Made by a program: the position numbers and the translations under genes
Notes under the pieces: model-generated
What the model saw: the letters and a program-made list of their open reading frames with translations, nothing else
Databases searched by the model: none
What the model was told of the DNA's origin: nothing
Shown: piece after piece, positions 13,755-27,050 of the stretch
How positions within the stretch are numbered: position 1 is the stretch's first letter
Layout: every line of letters starts with the position of its first letter
Source: Dudresnaya verticillata
Taxonomy: Eukaryota
Assembly (NCBI GenBank): GCA_977862235.1
Contig: OZ374557.1
Span: forward strand, 2,480,001-2,544,000
DNA length: 64,000 bases
Reading direction: 5' to 3'

Positions 13755-14236
13755 AATCCCCATAGGGGCATGAACGGGGATCAAGTTGAGCCCTTATAGG
13801 AACGATCAGGACGTAAACGTGCTATTCGACTGGGTGCGATGGAATATATTCATGACAATCTAAGGAGACAATCGACGCCTTCCTGGTATTGCAGTGCAGT
13901 AGGCGATTGCGACTGGATACCATTTAATCAAGTCTGGGAAGTTCTGCGGGACGAGGACGGGTGCAGAAAATAGTTCAGAACGAGTATGAATTATGGCTCC
14001 TGGACACGAGTGTTAGTAAGCCTTTTCGATGAACGGTTCGGTATATCGCTATCTGGTGTGCTGCAAACGATATCAGCTAGCAACACGCTCAAGGCTGCAA
14101 AAGGCCTTGTGGGTTTTGAACTACAGCGACAGGTCCCTGCACACCGCGACCAAATCTAGTTCATTCCCTGTCATTATTTTTCATTAGCGAGATTACTACG
14201 TCTGTTGAACAGACCTAATCGATCGTTCGCAGTCTT

Positions 14237-15115
14237 TCACCGCCGTTTTGTAGAGAGATCATCCAAAGAATCTTCTGAGGAACTGTAGTGTAGCCCATAC
14301 TTCGGTTCAGGGTGGATTGCCCGTCTCGTTCGAAAGGGATTCCTCGAGTTCCTCGAATTAGTTGACGCAACGGCCTTCGCCTTCGCTACGGCAGCTGCTC
14401 GTTTCCGCCTTTCCTCCTCCTGTTTGGCACGTGAGGGTATTTTTATTGGAGCAGATGCTGCACCTTGCGTCCTCAGCCCAGTTGGTCGGGGTATGTCCAG
14501 CGAACGACGAGTAGAGGATGACCCAACGCTGCGGCGGCTGCTCATGCCCTGGTGGCCATGGCATATGGATGAGGCCTTGATCGGATCACTCTCGCTATAT
14601 CTTCCTTGGTGACTATCATCATCCATCGGGAGAGCATCCATGGACTCCGACCTTCTCAGGCTGGGCACCTTATTCTTCTGCTGACGATGAGAGTGCCGCC
14701 CGAGATTGAAAGAGTTTTGTAACTCCTCGTCCATCTTGAAGACTGGAGTACCAACATTTCCAGGATGAGAGGAACGATGACCATGAGAGGCAGTCGAGAC
14801 GGAACAATTCTGCCGTGATGAATGGCGTGAGCTCCGATTCGTCACCTGGGCCGGGTTCTTGATAGAAAAGCTCGAGCGTTGGACTATTGCCCGTGGCCCG
14901 GGTAGTTGGTACACATGCCTTGCGCTACGCTGGTGTGATGCCCACGGAGGAACCTCTGTGGGAGGAGTTACCGGTGGACTCTCTGGAGCAACTATTAACC
15001 GACGCCGGAAGTTGCGTCCAGAGCCTGCTGCGGGCTTGGGCATCTGAGCAACTCGACGGACAAATGCCGCAGGCAGTTGGCAATCTACGGCAGAAACACG
15101 ATTCGTGTGGTGCAA
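14237..15115 (-). CDS. Hypothetical Ser/Arg-rich, probably disordered protein (start uncertain)
   Basis: 292-codon open frame with low-complexity composition; no recognisable domain. Confidence 0.45.
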   Translation of the reverse strand: MHHTNRVSAVDCQLPAAFVRRVAQMPKPAAGSGRNFRRRLIVAPESPPVTPPTEVPPWASHQRSARHVYQLPGPRAIVQRSSFSIKNPAQVTNRSSRHSSRQNCSVSTASHGHRSSHPGNVGTPVFKMDEELQNSFNLGRHSHRQQKNKVPSLRRSESMDALPMDDDSHQGRYSESDPIKASSICHGHQGMSSRRSVGSSSTRRSLDIPRPTGLRTQGAASAPIKIPSRAKQEEERRKRAAAVAKAKAVASTNSRNSRNPFRTRRAIHPEPKYGLHYSSSEDSLDDLSTKRR

Positions 15116-16089
15116 TTCGCTTAGATTTCACCACAAGACCCCCCCCCCCGTCTTGACGAGCTACTCTGTGACTGTTCTGGCAGCAGCACACCACGGCAGT
15201 CTGGCTGGCATCCGTCAGGAAAGACTTCAGGTGAGAGTATGATCCAAAGTTGCTTGAGGTGCTTGAGATGCCCAACAACAGCGCGCGGAAGACTTCCCCT
15301 CTTGTCTTCCTGGGTTCCAGCGCAAATACCCAAACGGACACCCGTGTCGCTCCAGAGCCGTTTCAGTACGCGTTTCGGGACAGAACTTCACGACAGGGTC
15401 AAGCCGGGACAGCAACGCCAACAACGCCCGTAGCGAAGACGCAATTCAATATTGTACGGCTGGCACAGCTCCGAAAGGATGAGACAGGGGACAGGGAGGC
15501 CCGTGGCGTCAAACTGTTGCAACAAGGGAAGCTTTTTTCCTACTCAAGATTCCTGGAAGTGAATATCTGGAGAGCGTGAGTACTGTACCCTTGATACAGT
15601 AACCCAACGACTTAAAACAGTGCTACTGTAAACAGTGCTACTGAAATCTGACCATGTCCACGTCTGGGCAGTGGTGCTATAACCGGCCATCTCTAAGATA
15701 CTGTACTGCCGTTCTGTATTCGACTGGTCAAACTCCGCCCTGTTTCATTTTAAGGGTTGTTAATTATTCTCCAGCTTCAGATAGAGTGTTCTCTAGCTTC
15801 AGCTGCAGTACAGTGTAGAGTGAGATTTTCAACCTGTACACTTGCACTAGTAATATTTATTAGAGATTCATGATTTTTCAGCCCCGAATATCCCACGTAC
15901 AACAGCACTGACAACAACGACAGCGTTATCCACTTACACACCTCTAACTGGATCTGCTGGGCAGCAGGTCCTTTTTTTTATTGCCCGACATGCACTGCTA
16001 GGTCCGTGTTTTGATTATTCTTTCTGAAGCTAGATATGGTGTAGAGAGAGGCCACAGATAAGGACAGCTGGCCAAGCAAGCCCGATGCG

Positions 16090-17070
16090 TGTGGTGTAGT
16101 GAAAAACCACGAACTCCGTAACGGACAGTTGGCCTTGCCTTCCTTAACGGGACGAGAGCGATACTACCTCCACGGGGTGGCAGAACAGTTCGTATTGTTA
16201 CGGAAAAACAGCGAGCGGCTAACCGAGACGGCTATTGGGAAACAACAGACAAGGGGGTGGTAGGAGGGCCGGGATGGACTCCGTAACGGTGGTGGTGGTA
16301 GACCAAAACGGGCTTGGCGCGGGAAAACCAGTAAAGGACAAGGGCAGAGAGAGATTCAGCCCCAAGGGTTTCTTATCCGTTTGCCTTAGGAGCCGCTGCG
16401 GTGCTGCCCTGATATACAATTCATGGTGGCACCGAGCGGTCCAGTCCGCGTGGGCCAGAACCTAGCGGTCTGGACCCATGGTGAAATCATCCTTGCTGGT
16501 TCCGATCTCCTACACACACATGCGCGCGAATATCATTGGCTGAAGCAATACTCTGCACACTACACTGTAGTACACGTGCAAATGCTCACTAATGTGGTGT
16601 AGTGAAAACCCACGAACTCCGTAACGGACAGCTGGCCTAACTTTCGTACACGGGACGAGAGCGACACTACCTCCACGGGGTGGTAGAGCAGTTCGCACCG
16701 AGACGGGAGAACAGAGAGCGCCTAACAGAAACGGATATTGGGAAGCAACAGACAAGGCGGTGGTACAACTGCTGGGACGGACTCCGTAACGGTGGTGGTG
16801 GTAGACCACAACGGGCTCGGCGCGGGAAAACCAGTAAAGGAAAAGGGCTAGAGAGAGATTCAGCCCCAAGGGTTTCTTATCCGTTTTCCTTAGGAGCTGC
16901 TGCGGTGCTTCCCTGATATACAAGTCAGGGCGGCACAGAGCGGTCCGGTCCGTGGCGGCCAGACCCTAGTGGTCTGGTCCTATGATGGAATCGGCCCTGC
17001 TGGTCCCAATCTCCGACACAGACATGCGCAGCATTCTCATTGGCTGGCGCGCTACTCTACACACTGTACA
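16090..17070. repeat. Diverged direct repeat pair (~500-bp period), possibly old solo-LTR-like units
   Basis: TGTGGTGTAGTGAAAA.CCACGAACTCCGTAACGGACAG starts at 16090 and 16593, with colinear similarity for about 470 bp. Confidence 0.85.
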
Positions 17071-17494
17071 GATACTCACTAAAATAAAGAATAAATACTA
17101 CAAATACTCCGGTATGGTTGATGCGCTATACTTCTGTACAGCAATTCGTAACAGCGTACAGTAATGCGCACAACATCGACACGGATACACGTTCACAGGT
17201 CTCAAAACGGCATAGACCACACTATATGCAATTCCACCGTCTTGGATCCCGCATCTCACTTCACCATAACTAAAGAGAAATAATAAACACTACAAATACT
17301 CCGCTACGGTTGGGGCGTCCTGTGTGGCACAGCCATGTACTCCAGCACACAGCAATGCATACAATGCAGATAAGGGTACACTTTTACACGTCCGATAACG
17401 TTACGGGCCACACTATATGCACTTCCTCCGTTTCGGTTACCGGAACTGGAACTCACTGCACCGCGGACCCCCTCCATATATTCCGCCAAGTTCC

Positions 17495-18416
17495 TGTAGT
17501 GCCAGGGGGGTCCCATTTTCGCTTTCAAGCGGTTTGATATGCAGCGTCTACCGACGGACGACCGCCAACGGCGCGCTCAACCCGCCCGCGGCGCAAACAC
17601 GTCACCGACGCATGCCGCTGGCCACTCGGGCCAGAACGGCTCGCTTGGCGTGCAGACCGCACGCCTGAACCCGGGGCACTGTACGGCGCCACGCGTACGC
17701 GTGTGACGCAGTGGCAGGAACGTTCGCTGTAAGCGTGGCCCGAATCCGGATTCAATCGGGATCCCACATCGGGATCCCACATCGGGACCCGACATCGGGA
17801 TTAGGAGGTGTAAGGCACGCGCCTGTAAGCTTGGCGCACCCGCACGGCTCGCCCGAATCCGGACTGGATCGGGATTGGTGCGGATCGAGATCGCACGCGC
17901 CATGAGGCGCATGCGGCTGTAAGGAAGTAATCCACGTGTAGGTGTAAGGACTCGAGCGGGGAAGCTACGCGTGATCTGTCAGGAGCGCGGCTGCATGACG
18001 GACGGATCTGTCAGACGCGCCTCGGGACAACACGTGTCCCGAGTTCCCGTGTGACGCGTACGCACGCGTCGCCGCCGCTAGGTAATTCTATACTTAGTTG
18101 ATCCGTCCCAGACGTCACAGTAAACCCCGGCAAGCCGGCCTTGGTCCAGACTTCCCCGTTCAGCACGCGCGTACCCTACCGCTGCCTACGGCTAAGCGTC
18201 TACCTCCCGTGCTTCCACTCTCTACCCGTCCTTGACGTGTTCCCTTTCTGTTCTCTTTTGTTCTTTTTTCCGCCTCGGGCGTTTACAGTCCGCCCAAGGC
18301 GAGTCAACCGCTCTACCAGCAGTCGCCCAAGGCGAGGTTACTCATCGCCGCGGGCGTCGCTACCTACCGAGCCCCGAACTGCTTGGCGGTGTTCCGTCAC
18401 AGACGTTTGCACTAAA
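17495..18416 (+). repeat. 5' LTR of copy B
   Basis: Direct repeat of 29821-30734; ends GCACTAAA rather than GCACTACA. Confidence 0.95.
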
Positions 18417-18418
18417 AC

Positions 18419-18434
18419 TGGTCTCCCGACCTAG
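18419..18434 (+). promoter_or_regulatory. Primer-binding site TGGTCTCCCGACCTAG (possibly tRNA-Tyr)
   Basis: TGG start 2 nt after the LTR; complementary to a tRNA ending GGGAGACCA. tRNA identity is inferred. Confidence 0.8.
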
Positions 18435-18543
18435 AAGTATGCTGCGTTTCAACGAGTTACTCAGTCGTGCGACGTCCGACCTTCCGTCTCTAGACGTTCG
18501 TCGCTAATCGTCCACGACGTTCAAGCAACTCTACGACTGCATT

Positions 18544-21095
18544 ATGGCCTCACGACCGCCGCCGTCGCGAGGCCCCAGTTCAAGAAGACCGTCATCGACA
18601 CCGGGAAGTGTTCCCGCGTCGGAGCGGTCGCTACAGCGGATGACAACGAGGTCTGGGCGCCTCGTGAGCCCCGAGATCGCATCGGCCTTCCCGACCGGTC
18701 CCGGCCACGATCACTCCCATATATCGCTCAACAGGGGAGAAGTACCTCCCCCGCCGGTACCTGTCGTTATCCGCACCACCGTTCCCAACGAATCGGCCCT
18801 CCGAACCTACCACTCGCACGTGGATTCCGCTGACACGGTACAAGCCGAACAGCGACCCGTCGAGGACGGAGCCCAAGCCGACATCGTCGAGGAACAACCG
18901 GAAGTTCCGGTCCACCAACCAACCTTACCCGTCAACGACGACCAAGAACGCCCTGCGGGGCGCGACGTCGTAGACGAATCACCAATCCCGAGGGGCTGCT
19001 GCCCCTCACCCCACGGCAGTGCCGGATGTTCACCGGCCAGGCCGTTAGCGCAACCGCATAGCACGGGAGGTCCGCCGCAGGTGTCGACCCCCGCGCACAC
19101 ACCGCCAATGGCGTCCCCAGCATCCGCCCGCGTTGGTAATCTCACGATACCTCGTGAGCGGATTCGGGAAGTATGCGTCGCCGAAGACGATAACTTACTC
19201 GCTCGATTCGCGGGGATGCTCGACGACAATGTCGGAGGTATTTTCAGCCGCCTGCAGACGTTGGAAGAAGATCGGGACGGTGCCCTTCAAGGACTCCGTT
19301 CCGACCTTGACCGTCTGATGACGAACCCCAACCACGGGGTAGATGCCCCGCAGCCAGCGGCATTGACGGTCCACTGTCAGTCGGAACTGAGTTCACGTGA
19401 ACGCTTTCAGCGATTAGCAACCCGCTTGGAGCGACTGGAAACCGCCAAATGGCGCCAAGGGCCGCCGTCTGAGGACGATAGTTCCGAGGAAGACCGTCGC
19501 CGACGCAAAGATCGTAAGAAACGGGGCAAGAATCGTCGCAAGTCGCGTCATGGACGGAAGAAGAACCGTCACCGACGAGGGGACTCATCCTCATCCTCTT
19601 CGGACACGTCTAGTGACGATGGCTCAACCGACTCTTCGTCAGGCGACGACGACCACGTGACTCACGGCAGTGCAATACGACCCCGCGGAAAGCGATACGA
19701 GGGACTGAAGGAGCTAAGCCCCTCCAATCCTCTCTTCGACCAGCTGCTATTGTACCGCACATACCGTCTCCAAGACGTAGGACAGAAGCGCTCTGGACGC
19801 GAAACCGGGAAGGTCAAAGACCATATCAAGCGACTCCAGTTAACGATGAAGGACGCCGCCTTCAACGGCAGCGACCCCGTCGCGGTTCTCGAATTTTTAA
19901 CGCGGTTCGCGGATGAAGCGGACATGCTAGAGATGAGCGAAGCACAAGCGTTCGTCGCGCTGCCGTACTTCTTAAGAGGCACGGCAGCTACGCAATTCCG
20001 CTCCGTCAAATCGACGTCCTCTCGCCACCGCGGCGGCGTATCATCGTACCCGGAGGCGGTGCACTACCTCCTCCACACGTACGCCACGCCTTCGGCGATT
20101 CGAGACGCTGTCCTCGCCCTGCGGTCGACTAGTCAGAAGCAGGGCGAAGACGAAACGACTTACGGCATGAGACTCGCCGGCGCATGTATTCGTTGCGGTA
20201 ACGTTTATCCCGAATGGGAAAAGATGACACTGTACATCGATGGGTTAGACCCGACGATCAGGTCCTTAGTGGCCCGCTTCCGCGAAGAAACGCCGAGGGC
20301 GGAGTTATCTTTTGAACGTTTAGTCCACTTCGCGCAAGACGAAGGCGACGCGCCAGACACGGCAGGGCCGGCTCAACGTCAGTAAGACGGGATATATTGG
20401 CCCCGGCCCAAGCCGATCGCGCATTGCGCCCCGCCATTGGCGACAACCGAATGGTCCTACGTCAACAGACGAGGGGCACGAAGCCTGCCGCACGCGCTAT
20501 GATAGCGGAGTCTTCCGTTGAGTTCCGTAACGTCACCCGTCATGCGGACGATATGGAAACACACGCCGATGGCGATCTCTACCTGGCCGATGAACAAGCG
20601 TCAGTGCCAACGTCAGCGTTACCAACGGACAGCTACGTCGAAGACGAGGACACAGGGGCAATGGATCCTACACTCGCCTTTGGGCGTTCCGTTGTGCCCG
20701 CGCCACGCGTCCCATACTCGGAGTATGCCCCACACGTCCATCGGGCGAGGCCTGGTTGGCAAGACAGGGGTCCGTTCCGTCAAGACGCTCGCAGACAGTT
20801 GATCTGTCATCAGTGTTATGCCCGTGGTCACATCGCACCGGACTGCTTCCTCCGCATGAGCGAGTATATGAAAGCGATCGCCAACGACGAAGGCTTAACA
20901 GACGCCGAGAAGGCGGGGGTTCCCGCTGATGCGTACACTCGGAACAAAGAACGCGCCGCGCACGAAGCAGCACGCCGTGCAGCACGACCACCGTCGCCAA
21001 GGGGCAGACCTATGCCACATGCAGCGGAACGTCATCCGACGGTGGTCAATCGCTACACAGCGCCGCTACAACCGCCACAGGCGAAAAACCAATGA
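18544..21095 (+). pseudogene. gag of copy B (613-aa ORF, then a frameshifted 232-aa nucleocapsid part)
   Basis: Capsid-like region FNGSDPVAVLEFL...YIDGLDPTIR; CCHC knuckle in 20397-21095. Confidence 0.88.
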
Positions 21096-24000
21096 GGGTA
21101 CCAACTCCTGACACTGGGGTGTCGCACCAAGCAGAGAGGCTCCCGCCTCGGGTGCTGACACGGAAGGAGGACCCGAACTTAGTTAACAAATACGCCGATA
21201 GGCGGGTAGACTCGTCACAGACGTCCTTGAAGCGCCCCTGGCGTAGGTACCAGCCCCCACAATCCCGGGGACAGTTGTTCGTAATGGCCAAAAGGAACTA
21301 CAAAGTATACGCCGATCTAGGCGTAGTTGTAGGTACCTTGGCACGTAAACGCACCGTCCTCGACACGGGGGCTGGTCCGAACTTCATTCGTATTGACGAT
21401 ATTCCGCTAGAAGCGCGATCACGGATCGTATCCAAGAGTCTCCCCGTCATCTCAGACGCTAACAACAAGGCGATTCAGACCAGGGGCACTATCGACTTAG
21501 TCGTACGTCTCGGACGAAGGGTTGTCAAGTTGGAGTTGATCGTCTGCGAACGGCTCGCTGCGCCGGTTATACTCGGTTGCGACTTTTGCGACCGCTTTGT
21601 CGAAGCGATTTATCCGCGGAGTCGCGAGATTGAGTTGGACTACGGGACCCGTGTCCCTATAACGCGCCGCCCGCTGCTCCGGCCCCCGTCGTACCCCCGT
21701 TGCCAACGGAACAAGAGTACGGCACGGCCGAAGGGCGAACGTCGCCCAAGATACGCGTCGCGGAACGAACAATCGCCCCGCCACAGGCGCAGAAGTGGAT
21801 CTCGGTAACGACCGAGCGAGCAGGGGCCATTACCATCCAACCGTTTGGATCGTTATATGATCGGCAAGCTTTGGCCGTTACTAACGGGGTCGCTCAAGTA
21901 GAGCCGCTGAAAGTGTTCCGGATCCTCGTGGCAAACTTCTCCCCGCGTCCGCAAGCGCTCGTCAAAGGACAAGTCGTCGCTACCGCGTTTCCACGTCCCA
22001 CAGCAGTGTTCCCCGGTCACATAAGTCTGGCCAATGTCCTAGGTATCACCGAGGAGCAGGCAGCGGACGAAGAGGCGAATCAAGATTTCCGTTTTCAAAC
22101 GAATGATGGAGTAACGGCACAGCCGGATACATTCGCTAAGTCGATCGAAGCAACTGTAGCGAAACCTCCGTCAGTGGACGAGTTGGACCTGAGTCATCTC
22201 TCAGCTGAACATCAAGGACGGCTGAAGGAGATGCGCAGGTACTCGTCGATGTGGGACGGTTCATTAGGAGAAATCGCAACCACGGAGCACTATATTGACT
22301 TGCTCCCCGGCTCCAGGCCGATTTCATCTCCGCCGTACCACGCTGGCCCAAAGCAAAGGCAACTCGCTCAAGCGGAGGTGGATCGCATGTTGCGTCAGGG
22401 GGTTATCGAACCCGCACAATCGCCATGGGCGTCGCCGGTCGTCTTTGCTCCCAAGAAGGACGGTACACTCCGCTTCTGCGTTGACTACCGTCGCTTGAAC
22501 GCAGTAACGGTACGAGATACGTACCCTCTCCCGCGAATCGACGAATGTATTGACAGTCTAGGGGAATCGAACGTCTTCACCACCCTAGACTGCAACAGTG
22601 GTTACTGGCAGGTGCCCATCAACCCGCGAGATCGCGACAAGACGGCGTTCACGTGCCATGCCGGATTGTTCCGCTACAAGCGTATGCCCTTCGGACTTAC
22701 TAACGCACCGGCCACGTTTCAACGGACCCTCGATATCCTGCTTGCTGGTTACAAGTGGCGCTCATGCCTCGTCTACCTTGACGATGTGATCATCTTCTCG
22801 AACGATATCGACAGTCACTTCCATCATGTTGACGAGATCCTTTCGACCTTGCATCGGGCCGGGGTGACATTGAAGTTAACCAAGTGCGACTTCTTCACCC
22901 CGACCGTCAACTATCTCGGCCATGTGATACGTCCGGGACGATTGGAAGTAGACCGTACGGTCACAGCCGCGTTACGCGAAGCCAAGCATCCGCGGGACCA
23001 GAAGGAATTACGGGGCTTTCTCGGATTATGCAACGTCTATAGACGGTTTGTATCGCGATACGCGCATGTCGCCGCTCCCCTCAACAAATTGTTAAGGAAA
23101 GAGCAAGACTTCCGGTTACAACCGTTCACAGAGGAGCAAGCTCGGGCATTCAGTACGCTTGTCGAAGCGGTGACTCACCCGCCCATCCTGGCGTTGCCAC
23201 AGCAGGGACTACCGTACTCCGTCGATTGTGACATGAGTGAATACCAAGTTGGCTGCGCACTCTTCCAAACGCAGCCTGACAGTGAACGGAAGCCGCTTGG
23301 CTTCTGATCACGCTCGTTAACCGCTCCGGAGCGCAACTACTCGGTATCCGAAAAGGAATGCCTAGCAGTAGTTTGGTCGATCACGACGTTGAGACCATAC
23401 CTTCAGATGGAGTCCTTCGTAGTCCATACGGACCATTCGTCGTTGAGGTGGCTCATGGAAATCAGCGACCCCTCGGGACGGTTAATGAGATGGCGACTTC
23501 GCCTCTCTGAGTTCGACTTCGTCGTTAAGTATAAAAAGGGGTACCTGAATACTCAGGCAGATGCCTTCTCACGTCTACAGACGAACGGCGAAACTGTCGA
23601 ACCAATCGACGATGATATCCCGTGTTACCACGGAAGTTGCGTCAAAGACGAGGATCACTCGTCAGAGGACCGCTACGCTCACGCAGAAAGCGATACGTCA
23701 AACGCCAAGAGCGAAGTCGATTTCTCCGAACAAGACTTCGAGGAGTTTGACCAGATGTTGGTTACCAACTCGCCACTGGCGGATGAAGTGCTCCTCCATC
23801 AATTGACGCATGAAGCGTTGGTGCATGCTCAGGGCAATGACCATTACTGTTCCGAGATCCGGAAACGTCTAGACGACGGAGAAAACCTACCGTTTGCAGC
23901 GGATGAACCGGGACTATTGGTTCGGACCGTCGAGGCCCGACCCCAAGTCGTTGTACCAGCCGCGTTACGCGTTCGATTGCTCCATCTCCGGCATCATGCC

Positions 24001-25827
24001 AAATCAGCAGGACATCCCGGAGGGCAGAAGCTGTACCATACGCTTCGGCGCGAGTATTATTGGCCGTCTATGTCGGTGGACTGTTACGCGACCGTCCGCA
24101 ATTGCGTTACTTGCGCAAAGAACCGGGTATTGATGCGAAAGAACGTGAAGGAGATGAAACTGTTCCCGGCAACCGAGCCTCTCGAGTTTGTGTCCATCGA
24201 TATACTCGGGGAGCTCATACGCACTAAGCGGGGGAATACGTTTCTACTCGTCATCGTGGACCGCTTCTCAAAGCTGGTCCGGACGGTTCCCTTACGTAAG
24301 ATTACGGCATTGGAAATCGCTAAGGCGTTTGTTCGACACTGGGTGTTTGTGTATTGCCCACCGAAGAAGCTGCTGTCCGACAACGGGCCCCAATTTGTAG
24401 CCAAGTTGTTCTAGGACGTCTACCGCATCTTAGGGGTGGAGAATCTCTTCACCACTACATACCATCCGCAGTGTAACGGCCAAGTGGAACGATTCAATCG
24501 AACCATCCTCGCCTCCCTGCGTCACTACGTAGCAGACCACCCCAGGGACTGGGATTTGTTCACCGATGCCCTGACGTTCGCGTAAAATACGCAACTGCAC
24601 TCGTCTACCCACCTCGATCCATTCTAATTGGTGCTATCTAAGCCCCCGCGGCCATTGTCGCTGGAAGCGGAGCCGTCGCTTGAAAGCGTGCCCACTGCCG
24701 GACAGTACTACACCAAATGGCGAACCTGGCTGTCCGCATTGATGGGAACCGCTAACGCGTCGCTCGCGAAAACGCAGGCGCGTTACAAACGGAACTTCGA
24801 TACTCGTCTGAGGAAATCGAAGGAGAACATCGCTGTGGGCGACTTCATATTCGTGCGGAAGGAATATTTCGCCCGCGGCGGGAGCACCGATCGCTCAGAG
24901 CGCAAGCACAAACTCGCACCGGTGGGGGATGGACCGTATCGAGTAACTCACGTCGACGACGGGAAAGTCACCGTCGACAAGGGACGTGGAGAACGCGAAC
25001 GTTTATCCCGGGACCGCGTGGTATGGGCGCCAACCCCACCAGGGCACACCGCCCCCACAACCGTGCAACCACCGGGACCACCTCATGTACCGGGGCCCAC
25101 TGCCCCCACGTCAACCGACGAAGGAGCAGGAACTCCGGGTACGCCACAGGCGGACCCGGCAGGAGGCACAGGGACACCGCGAAGCACGGACGACTCGCAG
25201 GAGCGAATGAATGCTACGCCGCGAAGTCGCGGGTTAGCAGAGCTCTCACCCTTCGCCGCTAACCCTGACGACGGTGTATCGCAATCCGTCTCCGACGAAG
25301 AGGAGGGTCCCGGCATCCGTACGCGAATAGGACACGCAACCTCGGCTTCGCCGGCTACCAAGGTAGGTCCCGCTTCGAGCGCATCGACTGACGATGAGGA
25401 AGACCGCGCTAACGCGAAGGACGCCGCTAGAAGCGAGGAACCAGTACGCAAAAGCGAAGAACCACAACCCGCTACGCAAGCGCTCGGGGCACCGACCCAG
25501 CGCCTTAGGCGATCGACTCGTCGAGTACGATTTGCAGAACCGGTGCAGACGCCCATCACGCAACGAAGTGAACCGCCCAAGGCGTTAGAACGGCAGGAGC
25601 CCACGTCGACCGCTGCAAGCGAGAAGGAGTACGTTATCGAACGGGTTGAGTCGCACGCACACGCGGAAGACGTTGAGATCCTCTACTGCGTCAAGTGGTT
25701 TGGATACCCCGCTTCAGCGAATACCTGGGAACCCGTGTCCAGTCTACCGCTATCGCACGTCGTGCGGTATCACCGTCAGAAGCACACGCGTCTGCCGCCA
25801 AACATCGACGACGCGCAACGCGGATAA
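21092..25827 (+). pseudogene. pol (PR-RT-RNaseH-IN-chromodomain) of copy B, disrupted
   Basis: VLDTGAGPNFI, YLDDV, RNase H, integrase and C-terminal chromodomain. Frameshift near 21700; stops at 23305, 24412 and near 24583/24625. Confidence 0.93.
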
Positions 25828-27050
25828 CCCTAGTCAGGGTGGGCGCTGGAAGCGAAACACACGCCACATCCTCATACGGATTGACGCGGACGTGCACTCG
25901 TTACGGACGACTGGGGCTGTAATCAACCGGATCAAGGACGGTTGGGTTGGCGACACGCGAATAGGCAACCCTCTTCGGGGGGGTCCGTAAGGACAGAAAT
26001 CCGTAAGGACAGAACGGCTGACAGTAGTCAGAAGGCGTGGAGGGCGCACGCACCACACGAAATCGGGCAACAAACGAAATGGAAAATTTTAATGTGAAAA
26101 CAATAACGCGAAGGCACCGCCAGAGGGCGGCGCCCAGCAAACGAAAACCCGACAAGTGTGTACCCCAGCACTACGAGCACCCACGAGGAAAACTAAGCAC
26201 AGACGCGAGAGACCGTCTCCCACGTCCTCGCCCAGGTGCGCCACCCACGGCCAAGTCCGAAACTCGCCACCCTTACGGGCGGCGCACGCAACCGCCTCGC
26301 GGGTGACGCTCGCGAACGTCAACGACGTCTCTCAAGTCGAAAAAGGGGTCGCCCGCAAACACGAGAGAAGAAACAGTCGTCGAAGACGGGTTTGGGCTAC
26401 GTTTCGTGCACGACGCGCTAATCGCAAAAATGACTCCGCCGCTGGGCGCGGCAGCCGCACCCAGGAGTCGCAGGAAGCGCGCCCAACGCGCGGCGCACCG
26501 CCAACCTAGCCGTCCCCGACGCCAACGCAAGATGCCCTACGTCAACGACGCAAATCCAACCGACAAACGGCCCCCAACTACCTATTCGCTTAACAAGCGG
26601 AATCACAATTTGAACAAAACGACTAAGTCGGCATGAGAAAACGTGCCCTCCCAAAAGGGCTTACGCTACTGTAGCGGCATCGAGAAAGAGGACAAACGCC
26701 ACCAAGGCGGCACCGCCCCAAGCTTTTACGCAAACGCTACTACAGCGGATAGACAACAACAACGTCTATACGAACGCGACCCGTCGGCTACATACTATTC
26801 GCTATCGCAGCGCTCTACATCAAGTGGACACATAAGCAACTACGTTTGACAACGGTCAAGTTTATTCGGGCTTCACAAGCGAGGGTAACCCCTGTGCCCG
26901 TATGACCTTCCACTACAACCTACGTCGTGAGATGCGGCACTAATCGTGTATGACGTATGAATCCCTCGCTCGCCGCCCCGCTGCGGGACAAGCGGAGCGA
27001 CACCACACGCACTCTCGCGCCCACGAACCGTTCTTAACGATCCAACAACG

